64,000 nucleotides of DNA from Mobula hypostoma. Lineage: Eukaryota. The translations under genes were made by a program, and so were the position numbers. The DNA is taken from assembly GCF_963921235.1 (NCBI RefSeq), contig NC_086107.1, positions 95,482,001 through 95,546,000 of the forward strand. The letters run 5' to 3'. Below the pieces are notes generated by a model that was not told where the DNA came from, did no database searches, and was given only the letters and a program-made list of their open reading frames with translations. Below are positions 1 through 12,252 of this stretch, piece by piece. How positions within the stretch are numbered: position 1 is the first letter of the stretch; every line of letters starts with the position of its first letter.

Positions 1-1250
1 GTTAATGGTGTGTTGTGCATTTTTAGGTGGCAATAATCAACTGTCATTCTCCAGCTGCCATCTGTTTTCATCACTGGCCAAGCAGGAATGTTGTACTTTG
101 TAGATGTATGCTTGATCATACCTTGTTTTAATAACTGCTGTAGTGTCTGAAACCTTTGAGTCGCATCCTCGAAGGATGCTCCATTTGCAATGCCAGGACC
201 GAAAATAAGACCCACCTCCCCTATAAGTGTGTGGATGTATACTGGACTAATCTGTTCACACGTCCCTGATTCAGTATCTCTTTATTCAGGCCATCCCACC
301 CTGATCTATGGTACATCCCCGTAACTACAGATCATGATACTCTCGTCTGTGGTGTGCCAAGGTGTACCCTATTGTTCGCAGTGTAATGCAGAGGGATAAA
401 CCCTCAACTGTCTACTGGACTTGTGCAAACAGTCTGTATGTTCCTCTTTCTTATTCTGCATCTTATTAACAGAACCTTTTGTAGAAAGAGGAAACAAAGT
501 GTTATCTTCCTCCATAGTCAGATACACTGTTCCAGCACAACCATGAGGCAAGAGATTCCCCAGTCATTTGTACAGATTTATCCAGAATGGCTTTCTTCTC
601 AGTCTTTCACACCTTGGTCATGCTTTTCTCCTGTTTACAACAACTCTGGATGGTGGTTTTATGACTGTGGACTGTCACTGGATGGGCCTGGGCTATCAAG
701 TTCTCATATGTGAAACTGCTCATACTACTTCAGTGGGAGATCCTCAGGGCCATGCCAAATATTGCCATTCCAGCTATCTAGCATGAAACTTATTTCTTAC
801 AACTGTTTTATTATGTATTACAAAAGCAAAGAAATATCTAGAGAATAGTGAAAAGGCAAACTAAATAGTAGTTGTGGTCTCCAGACCAGACCAGAGATAA
901 CAAAATTCTTTTGATAACAATTAACCTGTAAACAGCCAGATTAATGTGATATGACATTTCTCACTGAAAACCAAGAAGTTTCTAGAAAAATACAGAAGCA
1001 ACTGCATTATAATTACTGGAAAATTCATTGAATGTGTATGGACGAATATATACAAGTACGAACAAGCATTGTAGAGTTAAACTACAAATATTTTAAAAAA
1101 AATTCTACACCCCAATACAACAGATGGGGTCTGGGTCCTGATCCATCAGCCTTGCCAAATCCTCCTGGCATGATTTAATCAGTTTACACACTAGGATGGT
1201 TTGCTGGGTTTCATCTTTTTCAGCTTGTTCATAGATTAGTCAGTTAAGGT
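1..1250 (-). mobile_element. Decayed endogenous retrovirus remnant, class III-like (N-terminus of RT at 1-170; upstream part probably gag/pro relic)
   Basis: The reverse strand of 170 to 1 reads QQLLKQGMIKHTSTKYNIPAWPVMKTDGSWRMTVDYCHL, an ERV-L/spuma-type RT N-terminal motif. The extent beyond about 320 is tentative. Confidence 0.7.
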
Positions 1251-1260
1251 GAAATTCTCA

Positions 1261-1890
1261 ACACAATAGATTTTGCAGATGTTGGCAATCCAGAGCAGCG
1301 CACACAAAATACTGGAGCTGGAGGAACTCAACAGGTTCGGCAGCATCTGTGGAAATGAATAAGCAATTGACGTTTAGGTCCAAGACTCTTCTTCAGGCTG
1401 GAAAGCAAGGGCTAAGACACCAGAATAAAAAGGTGGTGGAGGGGAAGGAGGATAGCTGGAAGGTGATAGGTGAAGGGCTGGAGAAGAAGGAACCTGATAG
1501 GAGAGGAGAGTGGACCATGGGAGAGAAGGAAGAAAGAGGGCACTAGGAGGAAGTGATAGGCAAGTGAGGAGAGAGGTAAGAGGAGGGCCAGAGTGGAAAC
1601 TAGAAGAGGGAGGGGAAAAATTACCGGAAGGAGAAATTTTTGTTCATGCATCATGTTGCGGGATACTTAGACAGGATATGAGGTGTTGCTCTTCCACCCT
1701 GAGAGTGGCCTCATCGTGGCAGAAGAGGAGGCCGTTGACCAGCATTTCAGAATGGTAATGGGTATAGGAATGAAGTGGTTGGCCACTGGAAAATTCTGCT
1801 TTTGGCAGATGGAGTGGAGGTGCTAGACAAAGCTGTCCCCCAATTTACGTTGGGTCTCAATGATGTAAAGGAGGCTGCATCAGGAGCACC
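1261..1890 (-). mobile_element. Penelope-like element 3' part (GIY-YIG remnant plus pLTR with a decayed hammerhead motif)
   Basis: The reverse strand near 1890-1810 gives CSLLYIIETQRKLG (GIY-YIG LYIGET motif). The terminal acacaaaat..ctggag..gaactca block is shared with 28505, 30492, 33211 and 63380. Confidence 0.8.
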
Positions 1891-2221
1891 TGCTGCTCTA
1901 GGGTTATCTAGGATGGCCCCTCAATTGCTCTGCTGCCTTTATGTGCCATATGTATTTTTCCAGCCACATGGCAAAATCCATAAAGCCATACCCTTACTCT
2001 CCTCTGTTTGTGAAATCCTACCTTATCTAACAGAGTGATTACCTTATCTGGAGATCAACACACTGCTCTCTATCTTGGCCCTCTGTATGCAGGGATTTAC
2101 TACAGATTGGGGTGGGATGGCCTAGATAAAAAGATACTGAATTAGGGACATGTGAATAGATAAGTCCAATGTATGTTCCATTGCATGTATCAAGAAGGAA
2201 TCTGGCGAATTTAACTCTTTC

Positions 2222-2590
2222 CTTGCAACTCAGCCCGCTCCATCTCAGGCACAACCCTCCACACTATGGAGGGCATCAAGAGGCGATGCCTCAGGAAGGC
2301 AGTGTCCATCATTAAGGTCCCTCACCATCTGGGATATGTCCTCTTTGTGCTATTACCATTGGGGAGGAGGTACAGGAGCCTGAATACCCACACTCAGTTT
2401 TTAGGAACAGCTTCTTCTCCTCTGCCATCAGATTTCTGAATGGCCCATGAACCATGAGCACTACTTTATTTCTCTATTGCACTGTTTGTTTATTTTAATA
2501 TCTTGTTATAGTTTTTGTTTTTCACTGTATTGCTGCACATCAACAAATTTCACAACATAACATTGTCAGTAACAACAAACCTGATTCTGA
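2222..2590 (+). mobile_element. Rex1/Babar LINE 3' fragment
   Basis: Encodes a decayed CLRKAxSIIK..HP..LLPxGRRYRSL C-terminus and ends in a (ctgatt)n tail. Confidence 0.75.
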
Positions 2591-2987
2591 TAAGGGAGCT
2601 AGGGCTTTACTCTTTGGAGAGAAGGAGGATGAGAGGAGACATGATAGAGGTGTACAAGATAATAAGAGGAATAGATAGAGTGGATAGCCAGTGCCTCTTC
2701 CCCAGGGCACCACTGCTCAATACAAGAGGACATGGCTTTAAGGTAAGGGGTGGGAAGTTCAAGGGGGATATTAGAGGAAGGTTTTTTACTCAGAGAGTGA
2801 TTGGTGCGTGGAATGCACTGCCTGAGTCAGTGGCGGAGGCAGATACACTAGTGAAGTTTAAGAGACTACTAGACAGGTATATGGAGGAATTTAAGGTGGG
2901 GGCTTATATGGGAGGCAGGGTTTGAGGGTCGACACAACATTGTGGGCCGAAGGGCCTGTACTGTGCTGTACTATTCTATGTTCTATG
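2591..2987 (+). mobile_element. Young CR1 LINE 3' end, 5'-truncated
   Basis: LGLYSLERRRMRGDMIEVYKI...TRGH...FFTQRV...WNALP and a (ttctatg)n tail. Near-identical to 17601-17997 on the opposite strand. Confidence 0.92.
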
Positions 2988-3342
2988 ATAACAACAACCT
3001 CTCAATCAGTGTCATTAAAACTAAAGAGCTGATAGTTGAATTTAGGAAAGGAAAGGAGGGTGAACATGTGTCAATATACATTGAGGAATTGGCAGTGGAG
3101 AGAGTCATCAGCCTCGGCCTCAGATGACCTTGTCATTGCTGTTTAACTGGGCTGTGACAACGTGCACTCATTTTTCAATTACACTTTATTTACTTTTGCA
3201 TAAGGTGAATAGCTCAGCCCCTGTTACTAAACTGCTGTAGTGTCATAGAGCACTGCAGTATAGAAACAGGTTCTTTGGCCCATCTAGTCCATGTTGAACT
3301 GTAACTCTGCATAGTCACATTGACCTGCACTTAGACCATACA

Positions 3343-3576
3343 GCAGCTGTCCAGTGCTCCTAGTGCAGCCTCCTCTACATTAGTGAGACCCAGTGCAGAT
3401 TGGGGGACTTATTTGTCAAACACCCATGCTGTACCACAAAAAAAACAGGATCTCCTGGTGGCTAGCTGTTTCAATTTGACTTCCCCTTTCCATTCTGAAA
3501 TTTTAATCCATGGCCGCCTCTACTGTTGTGATGAGACCAAACTCAGGTTGGAGGAGCAACACTTCGTATTCCATCA
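3343..3576 (+). mobile_element. Penelope GIY-YIG fragment, left part (interrupted by the Gypsy element; resumes at 10351-10430)
   Basis: SLLYISETQCRLGD...LRLEEQHFVFH here, continued by HLGSLQPDGMNIDFSNF from 10351. Confidence 0.85.
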
Positions 3577-3741
3577 TATTGTGTTCGTTATTGAGAGAGA
3601 GTGCAGATCATACCAAGATGCCAACATGCAGGATACTCAACTGAAGTTTATTAATAACCTTGCTTGTACAGTATGCGAACTCATCGCATGTGGGAGTGGC
3701 TAATGAGTGGCAGAGGAATAATACTATTAACCACCACTATA

Positions 3742-3754
3742 TCTCCCCTTCCTT
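3742..3754 (-). promoter_or_regulatory. Polypurine tract of the Gypsy element
   Basis: The reverse strand reads AAGGAAGGGGAGA, directly abutting the 3' LTR. Confidence 0.8.
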
Positions 3755-4150
3755 GAAGAAAAAAATGAAAAGCTAGGTATGTACAACTTGTCCATAGAAC
3801 TGCAGTTCACTTTACTCATAGCATGCATCTTATGCTCCTTACATAAATATAAAAAAGAATTGCCAACATTATAACTGTCTTTCTCCTTGTTTTATGCCCT
3901 CTCTCTTTGTTTTCCTCCTTTTTTACACCGATTTAATTTTTTTTTTAAGAACAGTCTCATTTTGTGAAATGTTTTCAACACGAGAACTCTCTTTAAAAGA
4001 CACTAAATCTAATCAAGGTTAGGGTAGACTACCTGAATACTGGCAAAGTGAGAGGATTATTCTGCCTCTTTAGTCACTTGCCTGAGTTATTAAGCTATGG
4101 AGTGTATCTCCGTGGTGGGACAGATAAATGATCTGATCTGGTGTAGATCT

Positions 4151-5160
4151 GGCTCAGTGCTGGGACCCCAGTTGTTTACAATATATATTAATGACTTGGA
4201 TGAGGGAATTAAATGCAGCATCTCCAAGTTTGCGGATGACACGAAGCTGGGCGGCAGTGTTAGCTGTGAGGAGGATGCTAAGAGGATGCAGGGCGACTTG
4301 GGTAGGTTAGGTGAGTGGGCAAATTCATGGCAGATGCAATTTAATGTGGATAAATGTCAGGTTATCCACTTTGGTGGCAAAAACAGGAAAACAGATTATT
4401 ATCTGAATGGTGGCTGATTAGGAAAAGGGGAGGTGCAACGAGACCTGGGTGTCATTATACACCAGTTATTGAAAGTGGGCATGCAGGTACAGCAGGCGGT
4501 GCAAAAGGCGAATGGTATGCTGGCATTTATAGCAAGAGGATTCGAGTACAGGAGCGGGGAGGTACTACTGCAGTTGTACAAGGCCTTGGTGAGACCACAC
4601 CTGGAGTATTGTGTGCAGTTTTGGTCCCCTAATCTGAGGAAAGACATCCTTGCCATAGAGGGAGTACAAAGAAGGTTCACCAGATTGATTCCTGGGATGG
4701 CAGGACTTTCATATGATGAAAGACTGGATGAACTAGGCTTACTCGTTGGAATTTAGAAGATTGAAGGGGGATCTGATTGAAACGTATAAAATTCTAAAGG
4801 GATTGGACAGGCTAGATGCAGGAAGATTGTTCCCGATGTTGGGGAAGTCCAGAATGAGGGGTCACAGTTTGAGGATAAAGGGGAAGCCTTTTAGGACCGA
4901 GATGGGGAAAAACTTCTTCACACAGAGAGTGGTGAATCTGTGGAATTCTCTGCCACAGGAAACAGTTGAGTCCAGTTCATTCGCTGTATTTAAGAGGGAG
5001 TTAGATATGGCCCTTGTGGTTAAAGGGATCAAGGGGTATGGAGGGAAGGCTGGTGCAGGGTTCTGAGTTGGATGATCAGCTATGATCATACTGAATGGCG
5101 GTGCAGGCTCGAAGGGCCGAATGGCCTACTCCTGCACCTATTTTCTATGTTTCTATGTTT
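4151..5160 (+). mobile_element. CR1 LINE 3' kilobase nested in the Gypsy element
   Basis: GSVLGP, KFADDTK, RPHLEYCVQFWSP, TQRVVNLWNSLP and a (ttctatgt)n tail; few disruptions. Confidence 0.93.
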
Positions 5161-6003
5161 TAAAAGTGGATGGAGAGTTTTGAACAGTTGCGTCCAGGTA
5201 AGTGGTCCTCGTCATAAGGATCTGGCTACTCTATTCCTTTCTCTACTTTTCTTGGACTTTGAAGGTGCACAAGAGCATGCCTGTTCAGCCTGATTTTACC
5301 TTGTGATGTTCTGATCACAAATGATCATGGTACATGCTGTCAGACTATTGTTCCTTTGGTGAATTGGTTTGAAACCCAAACTGCTTTACCACTTTGAACA
5401 GTGACAAGGGTTTGCTCTGTGTCTCGAGATCATGCATGCTGTTTGTTTTTTCACACCGTGTTGCCTCAAAATTTCTCAGTCCGGTCCTGTCACTGAGGTT
5501 GGAGAAGGGAAGGAAGGCTTGTTCTCAGGCTTTGGTCCATTGATAGCTCTGATGGACTGTAGTCATTCGCAAGAGGTGTGGAGAGATAAGCTAGCAGTGC
5601 CTTGTAGGGGTCTTTTACCTTCAGTAGACTCTTAACAGTTGGAACTGCTTTTTCCGCTTCCCCATTTGCCTGTGGGTACTCTGCACTGCTTGTCTGGTGT
5701 TTGAATTCGTAGTCCCTAGCACAGGCTTTGAATTCTGAGCAGCTGAATCATGGACCACTGTCTGACACAAGTTTCTCTGGTATTCCATGGTGAGTGAATA
5801 CATCTTTCAGGTGCTGTACAACTGCTGCTGAGGATGTAGAGGACAGCTTGGACACCTCAACGTTCTGTAAGTAGTAATCCACAGTGAGAAGATATTTCTC
5901 TCTCTTCAGCTGGAAAATGTCTCTGCCTGTAATTTGCCATAGAAAGATTGGGAATTCTGTGGAACAGAAAGGTTCAGCATGATTTTTGTACAGTTTTCTA
6001 CTT

Positions 6004-6163
6004 ATAACATAGAACCATATAATAATTACAGCACGGAAACAGGCCATCTCGGCCCTTCTAGTCCGTGCCTAACTCTCACTCTCACCTAGTCCCACCGACC
6101 TGCACTCAGCCCATAACCCTCCATTCCTTTCCTGTCCATATATCTATCCAATTTAACTTTAAA
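6004..6163 (-). mobile_element. Short CR1 3'-UTR/tail fragment nested in the Gypsy integrase region
   Basis: aattacagcacggaaacaggccatctc...cccttctagtcc is the same 3' end seen at 23806-23990. Confidence 0.75.
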
Positions 6164-7308
6164 TTGTGAATTTAAATTTATGTGCATGCTTCACATTGCT
6201 GTACATAATCTCCCAACTGTGTGCTCAGACCAGGGTACCACACAGATTGCCTTGCTCTTAGGTGATATTTTTCAATACCTTGGTGTATTGGCATTTGACT
6301 GATGACTTTGGTGTGCCTAGAAGCAGGAATGATGAGTCTAGAGCCCTTTAACAACAAACTTTCAAGAATGGTGAGAGTGTCACTTTCAAGTCAGTAAGGT
6401 TTGAGTTTATGAGCTGCTTTTGGAACAGCTGGTCATACATGCTCACCGTATTGCATGACCTTGCTGCAGATTTGGTCCTATTTCAACTCGCCACGGATTT
6501 CATCCAGTTTACTCTGTGATGCAGGAAAGCCTTTATGTACCTGAGCTAAATAGATGCTGGTATCTTCCATGAGGTCAGAGTCAGCTTCCATCCACTCAGT
6601 CTTGCATAACAACCTCGACAAAGTTTCTGGTGTTGTGGAAGATTTGCTGGGGACATGTTCAATGTCAGAACAGTATCGCATAAGCCTCGTTCTGAATCTT
6701 TGCAGATGTGGAGGTAAGTCATCTAAGTGTTTTGAGGTGAGGAGGATGACAAGTAGCTTGTGGTCTGTTTCAAGTAGGAATTTAATGCCTGTTAAGTAGC
6801 AGTTGCAGTGTTTACAAGCCCACAGGGGAGCCAGATTCATGCTTTTGATTTGAGCGTGATGCTGTTCAGTAGGATTCATTGCTCTTTATGTATATGCCAC
6901 CAGTTTCCATACAACACTGCAGTATTGCATGAGCACTCCTCCTAGTCCAAAGGAAGAAGCATCTACTGAGATCTTGCTTTGTTTGGATCAAAGAATGCCA
7001 ATGTTGGCAAAGCGATAAGCTCTGTAATTTTGAAAAATTTCTTTGAGAAACATGAACATTCCTTATGTATACGGTATCTAGCATTTGTATTTTGGTCTTT
7101 CATTTCTCGGTCTTCTGTGGTGCATTCCAGGTGGAAACGTTTCTCTGAGTTTTCTCTACCAAGCCTGGAATGAACCTTTCCAGCTGGTTTACCATACCAA
7201 CGAAATTGCGAATCTCTGATACATTCATGGGTTGTTCTATGTTTCGAGCTCCTGCTAGTTTGTCTGAATCTGGTTGCGTTCCCTCTGAGGACAGTTGGTG
7301 GTCTAAGA

Positions 7309-8046
7309 CAGCGGTCCCCAACCACCAGGCTGCAAAGCATGTGCTACCGGGCTGTGAGGAAACAATATGAGTCAGCTGCACCTTTCCTCATTCCCTGTCA
7401 CGCACTGTTGAACTTGAACATAGGGTTGCCAGCTATCCCGTATATGCCGGGACATCTCGTATATTGGGCTAAGTTGGTTTGTCCCATATTTCCCCCGCTA
7501 AGGTCTGGCGTTCCTATGAAACCTTTCATGCGGAAATGGCGTGAAGCGAAGAAGCAATTACCATTAATTTATACAGGAAAAGTTTTTGAGTGTTCCCAGA
7601 CCCAAAAAATAACCTAACAAATCATACCAAATAGCACATATAACCGAAAATAAATAACACTAACATATAGTAAAAGCAGGAATGATATGATAAATACACA
7701 GCCTATATGAAGTAGAAATAATGTATATACAGTGTAGTCAGGAAGATGAAGGCAAAACCGATTAGTGGGGAAAAATTCGGCACGTACGCACATGGGCACG
7801 TCACACATGTGCACACAGGTGCCCTCGCAAGGCTTCATGGTCATGGTAGTCTTTCCAGGGGTAAAGTGTCCCGGGATTTGACTGCTACTTTTGTCCCTCA
7901 AGAAAGTTGGCAATCCTAACTGTAAAAGACACGTTGAGGTGAGTTTAACCCTACTTGAAACCCCCCCGCCACCCCGGTCGGTCGGTCTGCAAGAATATTG
8001 TCAATATTAAACTGGTCCGCGATGCAAAAAAGGTTGGGGACCCCTG
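7309..8046 (+). mobile_element. Non-autonomous hAT (Charlie/MER1-like) DNA transposon
   Basis: TIRs cagcggtccccaacc and ggttggggacccctg; 8-bp TSD gtctaaga/gtctaagg. It interrupts the Gypsy RT. Confidence 0.9.
7421..7918. mobile_element. Inner hAT-type MITE within the Charlie element
   Basis: TIRs tagggttgcca and tggcaatccta; no matching TSD seen. Confidence 0.6.
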
Positions 8047-10188
8047 GTCTAAGGACTTCACTCCAACTTTTGCAAATTTGCATTTATTTTTGTTCAGGGT
8101 GTTTTTTACCCTGTTTCAATTTCTCTTAAGTTTCCACTCTTTTGTCATACTCTACACTTGAACCTTCGAAGATGAGTGGGAGACTACTGTGGCAGACTGC
8201 TTCTTCCAGTCCTTCCAAAATTTGGTTCATCCTCATTTGAAAGCATTCAGGAGCTGATGAGATGCCAAAAGGGAGTATAACATACTGTACATATGGTGTG
8301 TTAAAGTTTGTGCGCATCTGTGATTCAGGAGCTGAATGGATCTCCCAGAACTCTTGAGTTTGCATCTAGTTTGGTGAAGAACTTTCCTCCACCCAGCATA
8401 CACAATGTGTGCTCAACAGAGAGCAGAATAACTATCTCCCGCATTATTCAATCTTGTTAGATCAACACAGATCCTCTCTGTGCCATCTGGTTTGGGAACA
8501 GGAACAATGCCCACACACCAGTCAGAAGGTCCATTCACTCTAGTTATGATGTCAAGGGCCTCCATTCTCTGAAGTTCAGTTTTGATTTTATTCATCAGTG
8601 GGACTGGTATATGCCTCACTGTGGTCAGGAAGTAGTGTGTCACTCCTGGTCTCCTTTGGATAAGGTATTCTTTCAGTATCCCCAGGCCTGTGAACATCTC
8701 TGGGTACTTCTGCCACTGAACGTTATTAAGCAAATCCAGCCTTTCAATGAGGTTCAGCTTCTCGATGGCATGTCGTCCTAGTAGTGGTGAGAAGAGATTC
8801 TGAACAGCAGAGAGATCCTATTTTTATGGATGGAATTAGTAAGCATTCCTTTCACACTGAGCTTATGTTTCCCTAGCCACATGAGCAATTTTTTTGTTGG
8901 GTTTAGTTTAATGTCTGTTTTCTTCATCAGTTTTGTGAATAGATGTTCGGGGATGGCTGTGACATCTGCTCCAGTGTTCATTTTGAATGTCACTGCCTCA
9001 TTTTGCAACTGAAGTATAGAACACAAACCTTGTCTATTTGAATCTGGAGCCTCAAGGGCAGTTCTCTTTTTGTCGGAATCATTGTCGTCTTTGACCTTCT
9101 GAAGGACTGATTTTGAGTGACACTGGCCTTTATAATGGCCAACTCTATTGCATTGGGGGCATTTCACTTCTTTTGCTGGACAGAGCTCTTTGGTGTGGAA
9201 TGGGGACTTGCTGCAACTCCTGCAGTTGAACATTTTACTTGTCTGTTTTGTTTGAGATGAGCTCTACTGTTACCTCTTTCTGACTGCGCCTTGTTTGTAC
9301 CCTTCTTTTTGTACAGCTTCTAGCTTTACTTCAGCATTGTTTTTGGCCTGAGTTCTGTTTGTGGCTGATGGACATTCTCACTCTGCCTGACCATAGTAAT
9401 AGGTTTCTTTAGTGTGAGATTTGTCTAGCAATTTGATGTCCAGTAGCCTGACAACAATCCTGTCTCTAATGAGCTCATCTCTCAGATTTCCATATGCATA
9501 GTTGTCTGACAGGACATACCATGCTGTGATTAACGCATACATCTGGCTCCTGTTTTATGGAGTCGAACTTTGCCCTCTCATATTTCACATTTTGCTTTCC
9601 TGTGAAATATTCTTTGAATTAGTCCTGCACTGTTTTGTACTCCTTTTTCTGAACATCTGTCAATCCTAATCCACCCACGATGTCATCTGTATTTACTTGA
9701 TGCTCTTCTGAAGCCTGAATGAGATTGCTTGCAACCCTAGATCTCTCAAAGCATCTGAGCCATCTCTCAAAGTCCCCTGGTTTAGAGAAATCAACTGTCA
9801 TGGTAGGCTTTATTAGGTAAGTAGATGTAGGTACTACAGGTATTTGCGCCATTTTTCTCTTTGTTTGTTTGTTTATTTATTACTTTATTTATTTGGACTC
9901 CTTGAAAGTTTGACTGACTTCTCTGTTCTGTTTGTGTCTCTGTGCTTCCCCAGGCAAGTGGCACATATATTATTACGATGTATCCCCTTTTAGGTGTAGC
10001 TTGAAGATGTTGCCTAGTAACCCTTGCCCTTTCTCAGCTCATCCCTTAGGTTAGCAAACTAGCATGGGCAGTTTAGATTGATAAATCTATGGATAGTTTC
10101 ATAGATATATGTGAAGAACAGTCTTACTGTAAATTCTTTCTTGCTAAGGATCTCACTTGGTCTGTAGCACCAATTCATCGATGATCAG

Positions 10189-10203
10189 CCACTTCTGACA
10201 TCA
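10189..10203 (-). promoter_or_regulatory. Primer-binding site of the Gypsy element (tRNA-Leu type)
   Basis: The reverse strand reads TGATGTCAGAAGTGG immediately inside the 5' LTR, one mismatch from TGGTGTCAGAAGTGG, the complement of a tRNA-Leu 3' end. Confidence 0.8.
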
Positions 10204-10429
10204 TGTTGTGCTCTTTATTGAGGGGTACCGGGACACCAGCATGCAGGATACTCAACTTTATTGATAATCCTGCTTGTACTGTATGTGAACTCCACTCGTG
10301 TGAATAGCTAACAGAGTGGCATAGGAATAACACTATTAAGTACCACTACACATCTGGGAGCCTCCAACCTGATGGAATGAATATCGATTTCTCCAACTTC
10401 CAGTAATTCCCCCCCCCCTTCTTTTTCCA

Positions 10430-11802
10430 ATTACTTCAAAATTTAAAATGTGCTACAATAGGATTTTTGAGCTAATCTACAAAACATTGTGCATCATATT
10501 AAATCACACTTGAGAGGTTGATGGTGGGTGCTGATGCTTTTTATGCTGGTGGGGGGAGGGGAGATCGTTGCTCGCTGCAGCTTACACGCGGGAGGGAGGG
10601 GAGCTGGGGGGGACTTTTGGGGTTCTTACGTTTAACTGTTGTTCATTCTTTGGGTACTCCTCTGTGTGGATGTTTGCGAAGAAAAAGCATTATAGGATGT
10701 ATATTGTATACATTTCTAACATTAAATTGGACCTTTGAACCTTTGAAATAGTTAGATCCCCATGGCACGATCCAGTCAGCAATTTGCTAAAAATTGAAAA
10801 CCAAAATTGAGGCTGAATAAGTATTCATTCCCTTTATAATTACTACTCTAACTTTCCTCGGATGCAATATATAATTGTACCAACTCACCCAAGATGTTGA
10901 TGTAGAAAATTGGAGGATCACCAGTTTTCAATCAATTCATAGGAATAAATACCCCTCTTTCTGTAAGGTCTAAGAGTATGGTAAATTTTCAGCAGATCCA
11001 ACCAAAATGAAGACAAAAGAGCATTCAGGACAAGTCAGGGAAATAACACTAGAGAAGCACAAATCTGGGGAAGGGTATAAGACCATCTCAAAGGAACTGA
11101 ACATACCTTGGGGCTTAGTGCAGTCCAGCATGAAAAAGTGGAAAAAATATGAAATCACAGCTACACTGCCTAGGTCATGCTGCTTCTAAACTTTAGTCAC
11201 TGGAGAAGAATGGTCTTTGTAAGTGAGGCTAATATAATGCCAATAGTCACTCTGGGTGAGCTGCAGAAATCAGTGTCTGCAACTGGAGATGATGCTCATG
11301 GCTCCACAATCTCTAAGGCTTTGCTCAAAAAGGGTATTTATGGAAGAGTGGCAAGGAAAAAGCCCTGGCTAAAAAAGGCACGCCCTTGCCTGTAAAGACT
11401 TGCAAAGCATTACTTAGAAGATACTGAAAGGTGTGGAAGAAGGTCTTGTGTTTGGTTGAGACTAAAGTGGAACTTCTTGGCCTTGACACTAAATGGTACA
11501 TGTGGTGTAAATTTAATACTGTGCATCAGCCAGGTAACACCATCCCTACTGTAAAGTATGGTGGAGGTAGCATCATGCTATGGGAATGCTTTTCAGTAGC
11601 AGATCAAGAAATCTGGTCAGGATTGATGGGAAAATAAATTCTGCTGAATACAGAGAAATTCTGGATAAAAACCAGCTTGTCTTTGCCAGAAACCTTAAAC
11701 TGGGGAGGAGGTTTGTCATTCAATAGAATAATGACCCAAAGTGCACTCCCAGAGTAACCATGGAGTGGCTTCAATTGAAGAAAATTCATGTCCTTGAGTG
11801 GT
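10430..11802 (+). mobile_element. Decayed Tc1-like DNA transposon
   Basis: Transposase fragments [43 protein letters not shown] and VLEW at 11007-11802, frameshifted. TIRs were not resolved. Confidence 0.88.
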
Positions 11803-12252
11803 CATTGGGGCAGCCGCTTAATCGGACCAAAATATATTGGTCCTGATGTGTCCCAGGAATCCACTGTATTTGCTAATCTTCAGTTCTCCATGAACTTACC
11901 TGCTGCTAGTAGGGACACAAATATTTTCTGTTTAACACCTTATAATACTCCCATTTCATTCCTTCTGTATTCTAGGATATATGCCATCGTGCCATGGGGA
12001 TCTAACTATTTCAAACGTTCAAAGGTCCAATTTAATATTAGAAATGTATACAATATACATCCTGTAATGCTTTTTCTTCGCAAACATCCACACAAACAGA
12101 GGAGTACCCCAAAGAATGAACGACAGTTAAACGTAAGAACCCCAAAAGTCCCCTCAGCTCTCCTCCCTCCCGCGCATAAGCCGCAGCGAGCAACAATCTC
12201 CCCTCCCCCCACCAGCATAAAAAGCATCAGCACCCACCATCAACCTCTCAAG
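10509..12252. repeat. Inverted pair of ~265-bp repeats (10509-10771 and 11986-12252)
   Basis: Manual alignment shows about 10 substitutions and a few small indels. Both copies end in a (ctttgaa)-like tail plus the same flank atagttagatccccatggcacgat. Confidence 0.9.

Larger units (their letters stand above)
3577..10350 (-). mobile_element. Full-span, decayed Ty3/Gypsy LTR retrotransposon with nested insertions
   Basis: Two similar LTRs (3577-3741 and 10204-10350) and a near-TSD catca/catct. Domains run gag (FERWL, CCHC knuckle CPQCNRVGHYKGQC), protease (NTGADVT), RT (VPVPKPDG..ICVDL, LPFGISSAPE), RNase H (ETDHK), integrase (LTVDYY, GIPEKLVSD), which is Gypsy order. Many stops and frameshifts. 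Confidence 0.93.
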
